DNA from: a virus
Lineage: Duplodnaviria > Caudoviricetes
Strand: one strand, 5' to 3'
Virus record (IMG/VR): IMGVR_UViG_3300010366_000015
Span: 1-55,407 of that record
Length of the DNA stretch: 55,407 bases
Both the position numbers and the translations under genes were made by a program. Of the stretch, positions 24,563 to 33,243 are shown piece after piece. A model generated the notes under the pieces. The model made no database searches. It was not told where the DNA came from and saw only the letters and a list, made by a program, of their open reading frames with translations. Numbering within the stretch: the first letter of the stretch is position 1; the number at the start of each line of letters is the position of its first letter.

Positions 24563-25024
24563 TCAACGCCCGACCCATTCGTAGCCAAGGGCGTCTGCGT
24601 GTTCGCGTGATTTGAGTTCGATGACCTCTAGGGCACCTTCCAGTGTTGGGTGTGGTCCGATGGTGACGTGGATCGGCCATTTGACCGAAGATGGTGGCGA
24701 TGGTTTCGCGCGGCGACGACGGCGCTTGTCTGACGTGTCGATGGCGCGCTGGATTTTGTCGGCGCGGGTTGGCTTTGGCTGGTGCGGCTCGGGGTAGCCT
24801 GCGGCGATCCATTGCTTGGGCGGCAGCGGCTTGTGGCCGCCTGCCTTCTCCAGCTTGGCGTAGCGCGCATAGCGCAATTGGAAATCGGTGACTGCGGCAG
24901 GCGACAGGACCGCATCGGACAGCTTGGCGTATTTGACGGGGCCAGCCGGGCCGCGCGGCATTTCCAGCCAGCGGCGCTTGCCACCTAGCTTTCCGCCCCG
25001 AAGCCTGCCGACGTTCCTGTACAC
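24563..25024 (-). CDS. Basic hypothetical protein
   Basis: Open frame downstream of 25033..25221; start uncertain. Confidence 0.45.
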   Translation of the reverse strand: MYRNVGRLRGGKLGGKRRWLEMPRGPAGPVKYAKLSDAVLSPAAVTDFQLRYARYAKLEKAGGHKPLPPKQWIAAGYPEPHQPKPTRADKIQRAIDTSDKRRRRRAKPSPPSSVKWPIHVTIGPHPTLEGALEVIELKSREHADALGYEWVGR

Positions 25025-25032
25025 CGCGCTCG

Positions 25033-25221
25033 TTACCTGAAGACTGGTAGGCCGCTGCGACTGCGGAAGCATTTGTCGCAGAGGCGTTCATCGGGTTTGA
25101 CCTTGCCACCCCAATCGGCGCCGGGCTTGCTGGTGTAGGCGAGGAAGGCGTCTCCGCCGCAGTTGGTGCAGAGGAATTGCCGGATCGGCTGATCTGTCTG
25201 TGCGGTCTTCAGTTTAGCCAC
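25033..25221 (-). CDS. Small Zn-finger protein
   Basis: CTNC...CDKC; GGAGG SD. Confidence 0.6.
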   Translation of the reverse strand: MAKLKTAQTDQPIRQFLCTNCGGDAFLAYTSKPGADWGGKVKPDERLCDKCFRSRSGLPVFR

Positions 25222-25476
25222 GCGGCCTCCACACAAAAAAATTCATCGTGCGGATCGCTGCGGCTGGTTGCGGTGATGCTCGGCTGTGCTAAGTCATCGG
25301 AGCCGAGTCACTCGCTGCCAGCACAGCGATTCGCGTCGGGGAATGGGAACTCCCTCGACGCGCCGGAAGCTACAAAGGAGAAGGCCGCCTTGGGAAGCCC
25401 CCTTGGCGGCCTTTTCTACGAAATACTGACTTCCGCATCCGGATTACTGCCGCATCCGGAGTAATCCCGCAGTAGA

Positions 25477-25490
25477 GTTTCATGTGAAAC
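25477..25490. promoter_or_regulatory. parS-like palindrome
   Basis: GTTTCATGTGAAAC, one mismatch to the GTTTCACGTGAAAC core, in a non-coding gap. Confidence 0.55.
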
Positions 25491-25641
25491 GCCGTCTTCT
25501 CTGGCGCTTCAATTCCGACATGGTGGTGGGGCCAAGGCGCCGGGCCACAAGGGGTTGGTATTCTCGCGCAAAAGTGTGTTTACAGATCGGAACCTTCCGG
25601 CGCGGAATGATTTCGCTTCGTCACAAAAATGGAGGAAACAG

Positions 25642-25971
25642 ATGTCAGACGGACCAATGGGCGCTACGGGCGACAACGGCATGAGCACGGGCGACATTTA
25701 CGGCGGCGGCGGCGGGATGGGGTTCATTGACGCCGTAGGGGAGGCCATGGGACCGTTCACGGGCGGGCAATCTGGCATCTTTGACTTACTGGCCGATGGC
25801 CCCGAAGGGAGCGGAATAACGATGACGGCCGGGGACTGGACCACCAATATCGGCGGCTTCATGGGCGCGGGCTTCGACCCCAACACGTCGGTAACGCTCG
25901 CGTCGGCAGGGTGGTCCCTTGGCAGCTTCGAGCAATGGATCGCGAGCGGACAATGGATGCTGCAAGGATGA
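25642..25971 (+). CDS. Gly-rich acidic hypothetical protein
   Basis: GGAGG SD; strand-switched two-gene unit. Confidence 0.6.
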   Translation: MSDGPMGATGDNGMSTGDIYGGGGGMGFIDAVGEAMGPFTGGQSGIFDLLADGPEGSGITMTAGDWTTNIGGFMGAGFDPNTSVTLASAGWSLGSFEQWIASGQWMLQG

Positions 25972-26219
25972 CCGAGACGCGCAACAGGTGCCTGCTGTTC
26001 GGGATCGCCGGAGTGATGGCCGTCGTTGTTTGGGCCATCGGTGACGGTGCCCCGGTTTGGGCCGCTCGGGCCGGATGGACCGCGTTTGCTCTCGCTTGGG
26101 CCGGGCTGGTCGCTGCTGCGCTGGTCTGGAAGCAATGGCGCTGGCGGATGCCCGTTCTGGCCGTCAGCACGGTTGCAATCGTCATGCTGGCCTATACTGC
26201 GCTGCCCCGGCTCTTCTAG
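25968..26219 (+). CDS. Three-TM membrane protein
   Basis: Three hydrophobic helices; ATGA-coupled. Confidence 0.65.
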   Translation: MTETRNRCLLFGIAGVMAVVVWAIGDGAPVWAARAGWTAFALAWAGLVAAALVWKQWRWRMPVLAVSTVAIVMLAYTALPRLF

Positions 26220-26632
26220 GGGCTGAACTCTACTGAGCCATCGGGAAAGACGATGGTGACGAGGCGGCGGAGCTTGCGGGCGTAGCGGATCGTGGCCCAC
26301 GTTCCCGATCCCCGCAGTTCCTCCGCCATGCTTCCGGACGCGGCGATCAGTTCTTCAGTCATCAGCACCACGTCGTGGTTGCGGTCGATGTATTCCTTGG
26401 GCCTGAACACGACATCGGCTTTGCAGAATGCCCGCAGCTTCTCATCGAGCGGCGGATGCGCGGCGGTCTTCAGCCCGAGTGACGTGGCGATGTCGTGCAT
26501 TTCCTTGTCGGCGCCGACGCAATCGCCGTGATGGAACCATTCGAACCTCCGCAAGAGATCAGCCACGACGCGGGCCTGTGGGGCGGTCATGCCCTTGCGG
26601 GTGCCGGTTCCTCCCGCCCTGCCCTCCCTCAT
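26216..26632 (-). CDS. SLOG-superfamily (YspA/DprA-like) protein
   Basis: GTRKG, HHGDCVGAD, RN..V, GSGTWATIRYA. Confidence 0.7.
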   Translation of the reverse strand: MREGRAGGTGTRKGMTAPQARVVADLLRRFEWFHHGDCVGADKEMHDIATSLGLKTAAHPPLDEKLRAFCKADVVFRPKEYIDRNHDVVLMTEELIAASGSMAEELRGSGTWATIRYARKLRRLVTIVFPDGSVEFSP

Positions 26633-26988
26633 TCCTCCGGCTCCGAGTAGATCGGCTTGCCGCAGTGCGGACAGCGCGGCACGTCATCGCGCTCCGCCAC
26701 CAGTTGCCAGCCCTCGCCGAACGTGTTGCGGATCGACGCTTCGGGGATCACTTCGGCAAGGAACTGGCGGAGCCGGGTAATCATCACGTCGATGCTGCTT
26801 GGGTCGAGCGTGTCGCGCTTACCGCTGCCATAGGCTGCCATCAGTTGATCGCGAGACACGACGCCGCGCTTCCAGAGGTAGTTAAGCAGCCACGCGCAGG
26901 CCGGGCTAAGGCGACGGTGGCCAAGCGGCGACGCGAGGACGTGCGAGCCACTATTCCAAGTCCCTCCGGCGATCGTCCGTACCGTCAT
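26629..26988 (-). CDS. OmpR/PhoB-type winged-helix domain protein
   Basis: VVSRDQL...IDVMITRLR...IRN.FGEGW. Confidence 0.75.
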   Translation of the reverse strand: MTVRTIAGGTWNSGSHVLASPLGHRRLSPACAWLLNYLWKRGVVSRDQLMAAYGSGKRDTLDPSSIDVMITRLRQFLAEVIPEASIRNTFGEGWQLVAERDDVPRCPHCGKPIYSEPEE

Positions 26989-27178
26989 TCTGACGCTGGT
27001 TTATCACGGACGCGCGAGACGGTCGTGAGCGCCGGGCGATCAGTCGGGTGTCTTCGCCGGACAGGCGATTGACGATCCGGAGAAGCTGTTCATCGGCCGG
27101 TCGGTCGAGCGGGATGGCGGCGATGGCCAGAAACAGCAACCGCCGCCTCTCGTCGTCAGAGAACGGCTCTTCGATCAT
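26951..27178 (-). CDS. Hypothetical protein
   Basis: ATGA-coupled. Confidence 0.5.
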   Translation of the reverse strand: MIEEPFSDDERRRLLFLAIAAIPLDRPADEQLLRIVNRLSGEDTRLIARRSRPSRASVINQRQNDGTDDRRRDLE

Positions 27179-27456
27179 TCGGTTCTATCGCGCTTGGACA
27201 GATCGCCCCACGGGGCCATTGCTACGGCGATCTGCGCGCGCACCAGAATTTGCTTGATTTCATCGGGGAAGTCGCGCCGTTCCTGATCGGTGGCCAGCGC
27301 CCATCGGCTGTCGTGCAGCACGTAGGGGGTGGCGCAATTCAGACAGAACGAAACGTCGTCCTCTTTGGGCACGGCGTGGTTATCAACGCCGGATGCGGCG
27401 TCCATCATGTAGCCGCAGCGGTGGCACAGCCACGGCTGGAAACGGGTCGTGGTCAT
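27175..27456 (-). CDS. Zn-ribbon protein
   Basis: CHRCG...CLNC. Confidence 0.6.
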   Translation of the reverse strand: MTTTRFQPWLCHRCGYMMDAASGVDNHAVPKEDDVSFCLNCATPYVLHDSRWALATDQERRDFPDEIKQILVRAQIAVAMAPWGDLSKRDRTE

Positions 27457-27659
27457 TTCAGTTGGTTCCTGATGGCAGCGATCAGCACGCGCCGTTTGAT
27501 TTCGCCGCCCATGTTGGGTTCGGTCATCGCCGTGAGGCAGAGATCGAGCAGCGAGCGGAGCCGGACGACATCGGCCCGGAGGGTCATGTTCTCCGCCCTC
27601 ATGTCGAGCCATTCCAGAAAGGCGATGGAGACGTTCGGGTGCTCGTCATCCTCGGTCAT
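27453..27659 (-). CDS. Hypothetical protein
   Basis: ATGA-coupled. Confidence 0.55.
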   Translation of the reverse strand: MTEDDEHPNVSIAFLEWLDMRAENMTLRADVVRLRSLLDLCLTAMTEPNMGGEIKRRVLIAAIRNQLK

Positions 27660-27880
27660 TCCCCCAACTCCCGCTCGTCAATCGGCTCGTAGGCGTCATC
27701 GAAGACGACGGCCGGTTCAAGGCCCAACTCGATCCGCTTCTTGTTCACGCGCTCGATGCAGGGGCGGCAGATCGGCTCCCGCTCTCCGGTGATTGCCGAT
27801 GAGCTTGGTACGCGGAGCGGGTTGAAGCTGAACAGCTTGTCGCAGGCGATGCAGTAACCGTGCGCGATGGCGTAGCCCAT
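27656..27880 (-). CDS. Zn-finger protein
   Basis: CIAC...FSFNP..VPS...PICRPC. Confidence 0.65.
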   Translation of the reverse strand: MGYAIAHGYCIACDKLFSFNPLRVPSSSAITGEREPICRPCIERVNKKRIELGLEPAVVFDDAYEPIDERELGE

Positions 27881-28254
27881 CAGTCCCTCCCGAGACGCTG
27901 CCGATAGTCGGCAATGGCGCGGTCGAACACGGCCAGCACGTCGGCGTGCTCGGTTGTGGTGCGGTCATTCCAATACTGAATAGGGAGTGGCCGCTGGCGA
28001 GCCTTGGGTAGATGGGCGCGCAAGGCGCGTGTGAGGCGGGCGCTGCGATCAGAATGGTCCAACGCGCTGCCGTTGGCCGCCAACTGAACAGCGCCCATCA
28101 TGCAGACCTGCAACGGACGTGCTGGACTGACGCCGGTATATAGCGCGCCCTTGATCCATCGGATGCGGTACGTCAGGAGCCGACGCGCCTTCTCCAGAGT
28201 TGCCAAGTCGGCTGCCACTGTCTCGTCGGCAAAGCCTGTTGAATCGAACGGCAT
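27880..28254 (-). CDS. Phage hypothetical protein
   Basis: W.KG...C.MGA...WND....H.DVLAVFDRAI recurrent phage family. Confidence 0.7.
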   Translation of the reverse strand: MPFDSTGFADETVAADLATLEKARRLLTYRIRWIKGALYTGVSPARPLQVCMMGAVQLAANGSALDHSDRSARLTRALRAHLPKARQRPLPIQYWNDRTTTEHADVLAVFDRAIADYRQRLGRD

Positions 28255-28257
28255 GTT

Positions 28258-28497
28258 TCAGTTCCTCCCTCTTTCACGCGGTTTCACGTCCAGCTTGATT
28301 TCGAGGCCGAATGCTGCCGCCCACGGCACCCAAATCGGAAGATGCTGCTTGCCGTGGGCGTCCGCGCAAATGCCCGCCAGTAGCATGTTCAGCCGCCGGA
28401 GCTTGCGGATCAGCAGCAGGAAGTAGACGAACGCCGCAGCGTTGGCCGCGACGGCGATGACCGTAAGCAGATTAGGCAGCGTCATCGGGCGGCTCAT
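28258..28497 (-). CDS. Small membrane protein
   Basis: N-terminal TM helix. Confidence 0.55.
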   Translation of the reverse strand: MSRPMTLPNLLTVIAVAANAAAFVYFLLLIRKLRRLNMLLAGICADAHGKQHLPIWVPWAAAFGLEIKLDVKPRERGRN

Positions 28498-28735
28498 CGT
28501 TTGGTGGCCCGATCGGGCGAACGCGACGCCGGGTGGCGAACTCGATCGTTTGGACGCTGCGGATGTCCTGTTCCGCCGATTTCATGGCGCTGTGGACTTT
28601 GGCGGTTGCCTCGCCGCAGTGGTACGTGGTGCGGTCGCTGGCGTCGTCGGGGAAGTTGTCATACAGCGATTTCAGCAAATCGAGCGCGGTCTTCAGTCGG
28701 TCGCGTACTTCGGTGATGTTCATGGTTCTCTCCAT
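28472..28735 (-). CDS. Hypothetical protein
   Basis: Operon context. Confidence 0.55.
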   Translation of the reverse strand: MERTMNITEVRDRLKTALDLLKSLYDNFPDDASDRTTYHCGEATAKVHSAMKSAEQDIRSVQTIEFATRRRVRPIGPPNDEPPDDAA

Positions 28736-28743
28736 CTTTCGTG

Positions 28744-29055
28744 TCAGTTGGCTGCGTCTTCATCGTCCTCTTGGTGGCGGCGGAACCTTTCTTGGATCGC
28801 GCGGAACAACTGGCGCGCGGACGCCATACAGATTTGCGCAGTCCGCAGATGCCGCCGGTTCCCCGTCTGGTGGTACGTCTCTAGCCATTGGGTGTGCGCC
28901 TCCAGCGCCCGCCGGTACTGACGCCAGTCTTCGCCAAGGTACAGCGGTGTTGGCGGCGGCTTCTCCGGGCGTGCCGCGAAGAACATGTACACGCCGATTG
29001 CGGTGTGGTGTGCGTGGAGGCAGTGGAAGAGGCACCACACATTATGTATGTGCAC
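28744..29055 (-). CDS. Hypothetical protein (start uncertain)
   Basis: Operon context. Confidence 0.45.
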   Translation of the reverse strand: MHIHNVWCLFHCLHAHHTAIGVYMFFAARPEKPPPTPLYLGEDWRQYRRALEAHTQWLETYHQTGNRRHLRTAQICMASARQLFRAIQERFRRHQEDDEDAAN

Positions 29056-29058
29056 CTC

Positions 29059-29265
29059 TTAGGGGTGGAACTCGCCTACGGTGTAACTGACTCTTCTCTG
29101 TGTGGCGTTCCACACGGATGCTATTCGTTCAGCTTCCGCCTTGGTGTCGAAGACCGCGTATTCGCCATCCTGCAAACGAACCGGCAACCTCACGGTGTAG
29201 GTTCTGCCCTTGGGGCCGGGGATGGACAGAGTCGCGCCGAAAATAATCCATTTCGTCGTAGCCAC
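29059..29265 (-). CDS. Hypothetical protein
   Basis: AGGGAG SD. Confidence 0.6.
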   Translation of the reverse strand: MATTKWIIFGATLSIPGPKGRTYTVRLPVRLQDGEYAVFDTKAEAERIASVWNATQRRVSYTVGEFHP

Positions 29266-29336
29266 GTCTTGGCTCCCTGTTGTTTTGGGTTTCTTGCCCC
29301 CTGCCGTTGGTGGTCGCCTGCGCGGGAGAGCAATGC

Positions 29337-29430
29337 TGGTGGCGGCGACGGGATTCGAACCCGCAAGACCCTTTGGGGATCACCGATGATGTCGATACAT
29401 CCCGGCCGTCTACCCTTCCGGCACGCCGCC
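29337..29430 (-). tRNA. tRNA-Leu-like class II RNA with a non-canonical, extended anticodon arm; CCA encoded
   Basis: Acceptor GGCGGCG/CGCCGCC-A-CCA, D arm CCG-GAAGGGTAGA-CGG, long variable arm GATCC/GGGTC, T arm GCGGG-TTCGAAT-CCCGT. Confidence 0.75.
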
Positions 29431-29442
29431 GAACTCGATCTG

Positions 29443-30312
29443 CTACGCTGGCAGTTCGATGCGTGGCGCCTCCCTTTGCTCGTTGCGGGGCAGACCGGCG
29501 TTCTCTTTCCGCAGCCGGTTGCGTTCCTGAACGGCGCCCTTATCGACCATCAGCCGACCGGGCAGACCCTTGGTCGGGGTCCACTTGTTGTCGCAGACAA
29601 TGCGGCCGGGGATTTGTTCGCCGTAAAGCCAAAGGGAGATACACGCCTCCGCCGACTCTGGCCTCACGCCGTCGTCGGTCAGTATCTTCACGGCCTCTTG
29701 CCGGGTGATGTAGTTCGGCGGCCGTGTCGCCACGGTCGGGCAGACATCCCGCAGTGACCGCTTGGCCGTTGGCAGCGTCAGTGTCGGCTGCTGCGGCTCC
29801 GGCTCGGGTGCCTTCAACACACTTGCAGGCGTCAGATGCGCCTTGGCGAACGCGAGGCCCAACGCGTTCTTCGGCTCCGGCTCGCGGATGTCGGGCTGGT
29901 CCGACACTTCCGGCGGCGGCAGCTTGGCCTTGGGCAGCAGCGCGAATGGCGGCTTCGGTTTTACCGGATCGGTCTCGGCAGGCCACGGCTGCGACGCGTG
30001 CGCCGCATTGGCCAGTACGTCGTACTTATTCTTTAGCGCGTCGTAGTTCGCCCGATGCTTGTCGAACTCGATCTGAAGCTCGTCATACTGACGCGTCACC
30101 AGATCGCGTTCGGCTCGCAGGTTGTCCCGCTCGGCGGCAAAGGCCGGATCACCGACAAATGCCGACGTGTCGGGGGCTGTCGGTGTCTGTCGGTCCTCCA
30201 GCTTCGGCAAGTAGTCTTTGGCGACGGTCTTCAACGCTCGCGCGACGGCTCGCGCCATGCTGTCTTCCAGCGCCTTCAGGTCAGCATCTTCGAACCACGT
30301 GATCCTCATCAT
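29443..30312 (-). CDS. Hypothetical protein (coiled coil + Pro-rich linker)
   Basis: Long ORF, ATGA-coupled. Confidence 0.7.
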   Translation of the reverse strand: MMRITWFEDADLKALEDSMARAVARALKTVAKDYLPKLEDRQTPTAPDTSAFVGDPAFAAERDNLRAERDLVTRQYDELQIEFDKHRANYDALKNKYDVLANAAHASQPWPAETDPVKPKPPFALLPKAKLPPPEVSDQPDIREPEPKNALGLAFAKAHLTPASVLKAPEPEPQQPTLTLPTAKRSLRDVCPTVATRPPNYITRQEAVKILTDDGVRPESAEACISLWLYGEQIPGRIVCDNKWTPTKGLPGRLMVDKGAVQERNRLRKENAGLPRNEQREAPRIELPA

Positions 30313-30758
30313 TCCCCCTCTTCTGGTTGGGGCTGCACGACATAGGCTTTGAGTTCCTGCATCAGCCGCATGGCCGTCTCCATCGGCACCGCCATGTCGA
30401 TGCGGAGCCGAATTTTGCCATCGGGCATCAGGTCAGAACTGAACCGCTGCATCGGGCGCTCGACCGGCGCGACAGGTCCGTTGACCGCCCTGATGATCGG
30501 GCCACCCATGAACTCTTCCGGGGAAACGCCGAACAACTTGCCGTATTGCACAGCGAGTTTCGGGCCGATCGCCATTCTGCCTGCGCGGACGCGATAGAGC
30601 GTGCCGTCGCTCGGGTTCTTCCCCAAGCGTCGGTTGGCCTCCGATGCGGTCAGTCCGTGCTGATCCAGCAATTCGCGCAACCGGGCAGCGCCACCAGCGT
30701 TCACGATGGTTTCCGCCGCCGTAGCCGCCTTCTTCGGGCGGCCACCTTTGCGGGCCAC
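30309..30758 (-). CDS. XRE-family HTH protein
   Basis: RLRELLDQHGLTASEA...LY....G...YGKLFGVSPEEF. Confidence 0.7.
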   Translation of the reverse strand: MARKGGRPKKAATAAETIVNAGGAARLRELLDQHGLTASEANRRLGKNPSDGTLYRVRAGRMAIGPKLAVQYGKLFGVSPEEFMGGPIIRAVNGPVAPVERPMQRFSSDLMPDGKIRLRIDMAVPMETAMRLMQELKAYVVQPQPEEGE

Positions 30759-31073
30759 TTACGCGGCTTTCCGGCTGGTCTTCGCTTTCGTTCCGTTGGT
30801 GCCGCGCACAACCCGCAGCTTCGGCCGCTTCCGTTGGAATTGCTGCGTCTCATGCAGAACGAGGCGGTGATAGGCTTCGATCATCGCGAGGGTTATGGTC
30901 TTGCACCCATGTCGCCCTTCGCCGTTAATCTTCGAAATCCAAGCAAACCCGGTCATTAGTCTAAGCTCGCCGGGTTCTAGGTGTCGGTTCCACCGATCGC
31001 AGTATGCCTTGTCGAGATACCGGAACTCCGCAACCTCTTCGACTGCCGTGATGATTGAGTTGGCGATCCACAT
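30759..31073 (-). CDS. Hypothetical protein
   Basis: TAGGGCAA leader upstream (31082-31089). Confidence 0.6.
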   Translation of the reverse strand: MWIANSIITAVEEVAEFRYLDKAYCDRWNRHLEPGELRLMTGFAWISKINGEGRHGCKTITLAMIEAYHRLVLHETQQFQRKRPKLRVVRGTNGTKAKTSRKAA

Positions 31074-31093
31074 TTTGTCTTTTGCCCTATGAG

Positions 31094-31339
31094 TTACAGC
31101 GGTGGATGGTGTCGGAAGCCCACGGCGCGGTCCTCGTGCGCGTTGTCTTCGGGGGCGCTGGTCGCAGAATTGTCCCCTGTGGATAACGCGTCAAGTTGGT
31201 AAGGCGGACGTGGCTCGCCCTGCTTGCCGCCGTGCGCCCAATACCAGTGCGACTTATAGCCGGAGAGGGTTAGTCGGCTCTTCCCGCACGTCGGGCAGCG
31301 GTGGACGTGCATTGGTGCGACATCGGACTCACTCGTCAT
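31094..31339 (-). CDS. C2H2-like Zn-finger protein
   Basis: CPTCGK......YKSH...AH. Confidence 0.55.
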   Translation of the reverse strand: MTSESDVAPMHVHRCPTCGKSRLTLSGYKSHWYWAHGGKQGEPRPPYQLDALSTGDNSATSAPEDNAHEDRAVGFRHHPPL

Positions 31340-31683
31340 CCCACGTCCTCCCCGCCGTAACCTGCGTTGATCCGATCGACCAGCTTTTGGCCTCTGGCTG
31401 TGAGCGCGTAGACGGTCGAACGCTCATCGCGCCGGTACATCTGGCGCGTCAGATACCCCTGCCGTTCGAGGCTTTTCCCGGCGCGGCTGGCCGATGCTGA
31501 CGGCAACTGAAGCGCGGCCAGTACTGACTTCGTGCTGCGCTCCGCCTCCGTGCGCGCCTTGCCGACGTGCAGGAGAATGCCGACCTCGCGGAACGTCATG
31601 TCCAAGCGCGCACGGCAGATAGCTGAAACCGTCGTTGCGAAATCGGCCATCGGAGTGCTTTTCATTCCTCCCCGCCCTTTCAC
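31336..31683 (-). CDS. MarR-like winged-helix regulator
   Basis: MTFREVGILL...ASRA...LE.QGYLTR....DERS....LT.RG. Confidence 0.75.
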   Translation of the reverse strand: MKGRGGMKSTPMADFATTVSAICRARLDMTFREVGILLHVGKARTEAERSTKSVLAALQLPSASASRAGKSLERQGYLTRQMYRRDERSTVYALTARGQKLVDRINAGYGGEDVG

Positions 31684-31900
31684 TCATGGGTGAGCGAAAT
31701 ACGACGGTTCAATGAAATCGCCAACGGACAAAAATCGTTAAATCGACATTGCGCATCCGGATACCGCTCCGCGTCAGAGTATATTCCGGTTGTGTTTGGC
31801 GCTGTACCGCAGGATCACTTGGGTTTGGCCAAAACAGTGTTCTGCCGTGATGGTACCGATGCTAGGATCATCGCAGTCCGAACCGCTCGATCGTGAATCT

Positions 31901-32107
31901 ATGAAGCAAACGCATTTCACGACCATCGTGTTGCAGCACCCCAACGGTCGTCGGGAAGTGATAACTCGCCGTGGGCATCACGACGTGCATGTGGTTGCCC
32001 GCACGTTCGAAACCATGACCGGCGGCAAGGTCCAAGCCATTCGGCATGAGCAATCAAGCGAGCAAGGCGAGCGGCGAAATTCTGTCACGATCCGCCGTAT
32101 GACATAA
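31901..32107 (+). CDS. Hypothetical protein, first gene of the rightward (late) unit
   Basis: ATG after the divergent intergenic region. Confidence 0.5.
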   Translation: MKQTHFTTIVLQHPNGRREVITRRGHHDVHVVARTFETMTGGKVQAIRHEQSSEQGERRNSVTIRRMT

Positions 32108-32127
32108 CGCAAGAAAGGCTGCGGGAC

Positions 32128-32307
32128 ATGCCGCTTGTAAAATCCGGTTCGCGTAAGGCAGTATCCGAGAACATTCGGCGCGAGCGAGCCGCCGGGAAAC
32201 CCCAAAAGCAGGCCGTAGCTATTGCGTTGAGCGTTCAGCGCGAGGCGAAAGGCCAGAAGCGGAAAGGCAAGTCGCATGGCCGAAAGCGCAGCACACGCAC
32301 CGGGTAA
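32128..32307 (+). CDS. Small basic phage protein (59 aa, below the ORF-track cutoff)
   Basis: MPLVKSGSRKAVSENIRRE..AGKPQKQAVAIALS, a widespread phage family. Confidence 0.8.
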   Translation: MPLVKSGSRKAVSENIRRERAAGKPQKQAVAIALSVQREAKGQKRKGKSHGRKRSTRTG

Positions 32308-32563
32308 CGAGATTCGCGGCGAGGGCGGAGCGATCCGTCAGCACCAGAAGATGGGCCGGGGCGAAGGCGTCGGTGGCGGTGGCAACTTCGGTGTAGGCCC
32401 GCTGCCGGGCACGGCCATTGCGCGCAATCACGGCGCGCACGTAGCACACGATGGCATGACGCACGCCGACCACGAACGCGCTGGTCCGCCTGCGATCGAC
32501 ATGGGCGGCGACAACATGGGCGCGACGCACCATTCGCACCATGGCCCGCATCATCACCGCTGA
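32276..32563 (+). CDS. His/Gly-rich small protein
   Basis: Operon context. Confidence 0.6.
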   Translation: MAESAAHAPGNEIRGEGGAIRQHQKMGRGEGVGGGGNFGVGPLPGTAIARNHGAHVAHDGMTHADHERAGPPAIDMGGDNMGATHHSHHGPHHHR

Positions 32564-32763
32564 TGGCTGATCCCTCGCAGTTCGCGCACAAGCCGCCGTA
32601 CGAGCCGCGTCTGTCGCGGAAGCAGCTTGACACGCAATACGCCGAACACTCGCGGGAGTACTACAGCCTGACGCCGCGCGAGAAGGCCGGTAAGCGGGGC
32701 GCGCAGGAGAAGGCCAACATGATCGGCTACGCCAGCCGTGCGCCGGAGTTGCCCGATGGCTGA
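32563..32763 (+). CDS. Small protein of the FAxxPP family
   Basis: MADPSQFAHKPP. Confidence 0.6.
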   Translation: MADPSQFAHKPPYEPRLSRKQLDTQYAEHSREYYSLTPREKAGKRGAQEKANMIGYASRAPELPDG

Positions 32764-32965
32764 CTTCGCCTATCAGGCGCCCGATCAGAGCAACGCCTAC
32801 GGTCCCGACGCCGGTATTGGTCCGCGCCCGAAAGCCGGGCTGGATCGGCTGCGCGGTGCGGTCTACCAACCGCCAGAGGTGACGCAGATTGGTCGCGCGA
32901 AGGCTCCTTGGCCCTCCGACATCATGCAACCCGGTCCATCCTACGAAGAGAGGTTCGATCAGTAG
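32756..32965 (+). CDS. Small protein of the FAxxPP family
   Basis: MADFAYQAP...DIMQPGP. Confidence 0.6.
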   Translation: MADFAYQAPDQSNAYGPDAGIGPRPKAGLDRLRGAVYQPPEVTQIGRAKAPWPSDIMQPGPSYEERFDQ

Positions 32966-32967
32966 GG

Positions 32968-33243
32968 ATGGCGCGCAAACCCGGAACGACTGGAACACCT
33001 CCGCCGCCCCGGCGCCCGATGCCGCCCAAGGCCGCTGCGCCAAAGGCTGATCGCGAAAGCGTCTCGGTCAGGAAAATCCATAATGGCTACATCACCACGC
33101 GGCTCGGCACGAAAGACGGTGCTTTCTTCAAGCACGAGTCCTACAGCCGATCGCAGCCGGTGGTGTCCGCGACGGCGCCGAAGCCAAAGCCCCGCGCGCC
33201 AGCCCGCGACGATGAGGTGGGCTTCCTGAACCGGCGGCAGTGA
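32968..33243 (+). CDS. Small Pro-rich basic protein
   Basis: VSVRKIHNGYI core. Confidence 0.65.
   Translation: MARKPGTTGTPPPPRRPMPPKAAAPKADRESVSVRKIHNGYITTRLGTKDGAFFKHESYSRSQPVVSATAPKPKPRAPARDDEVGFLNRRQ

Noticed and set aside
29337-29430. tmRNA tRNA-like domain or a standard decoding tRNA
   Set aside because: No G3-U70 pair, a full D stem and long variable arm are present, and there is no 7-nt anticodon loop to assign.
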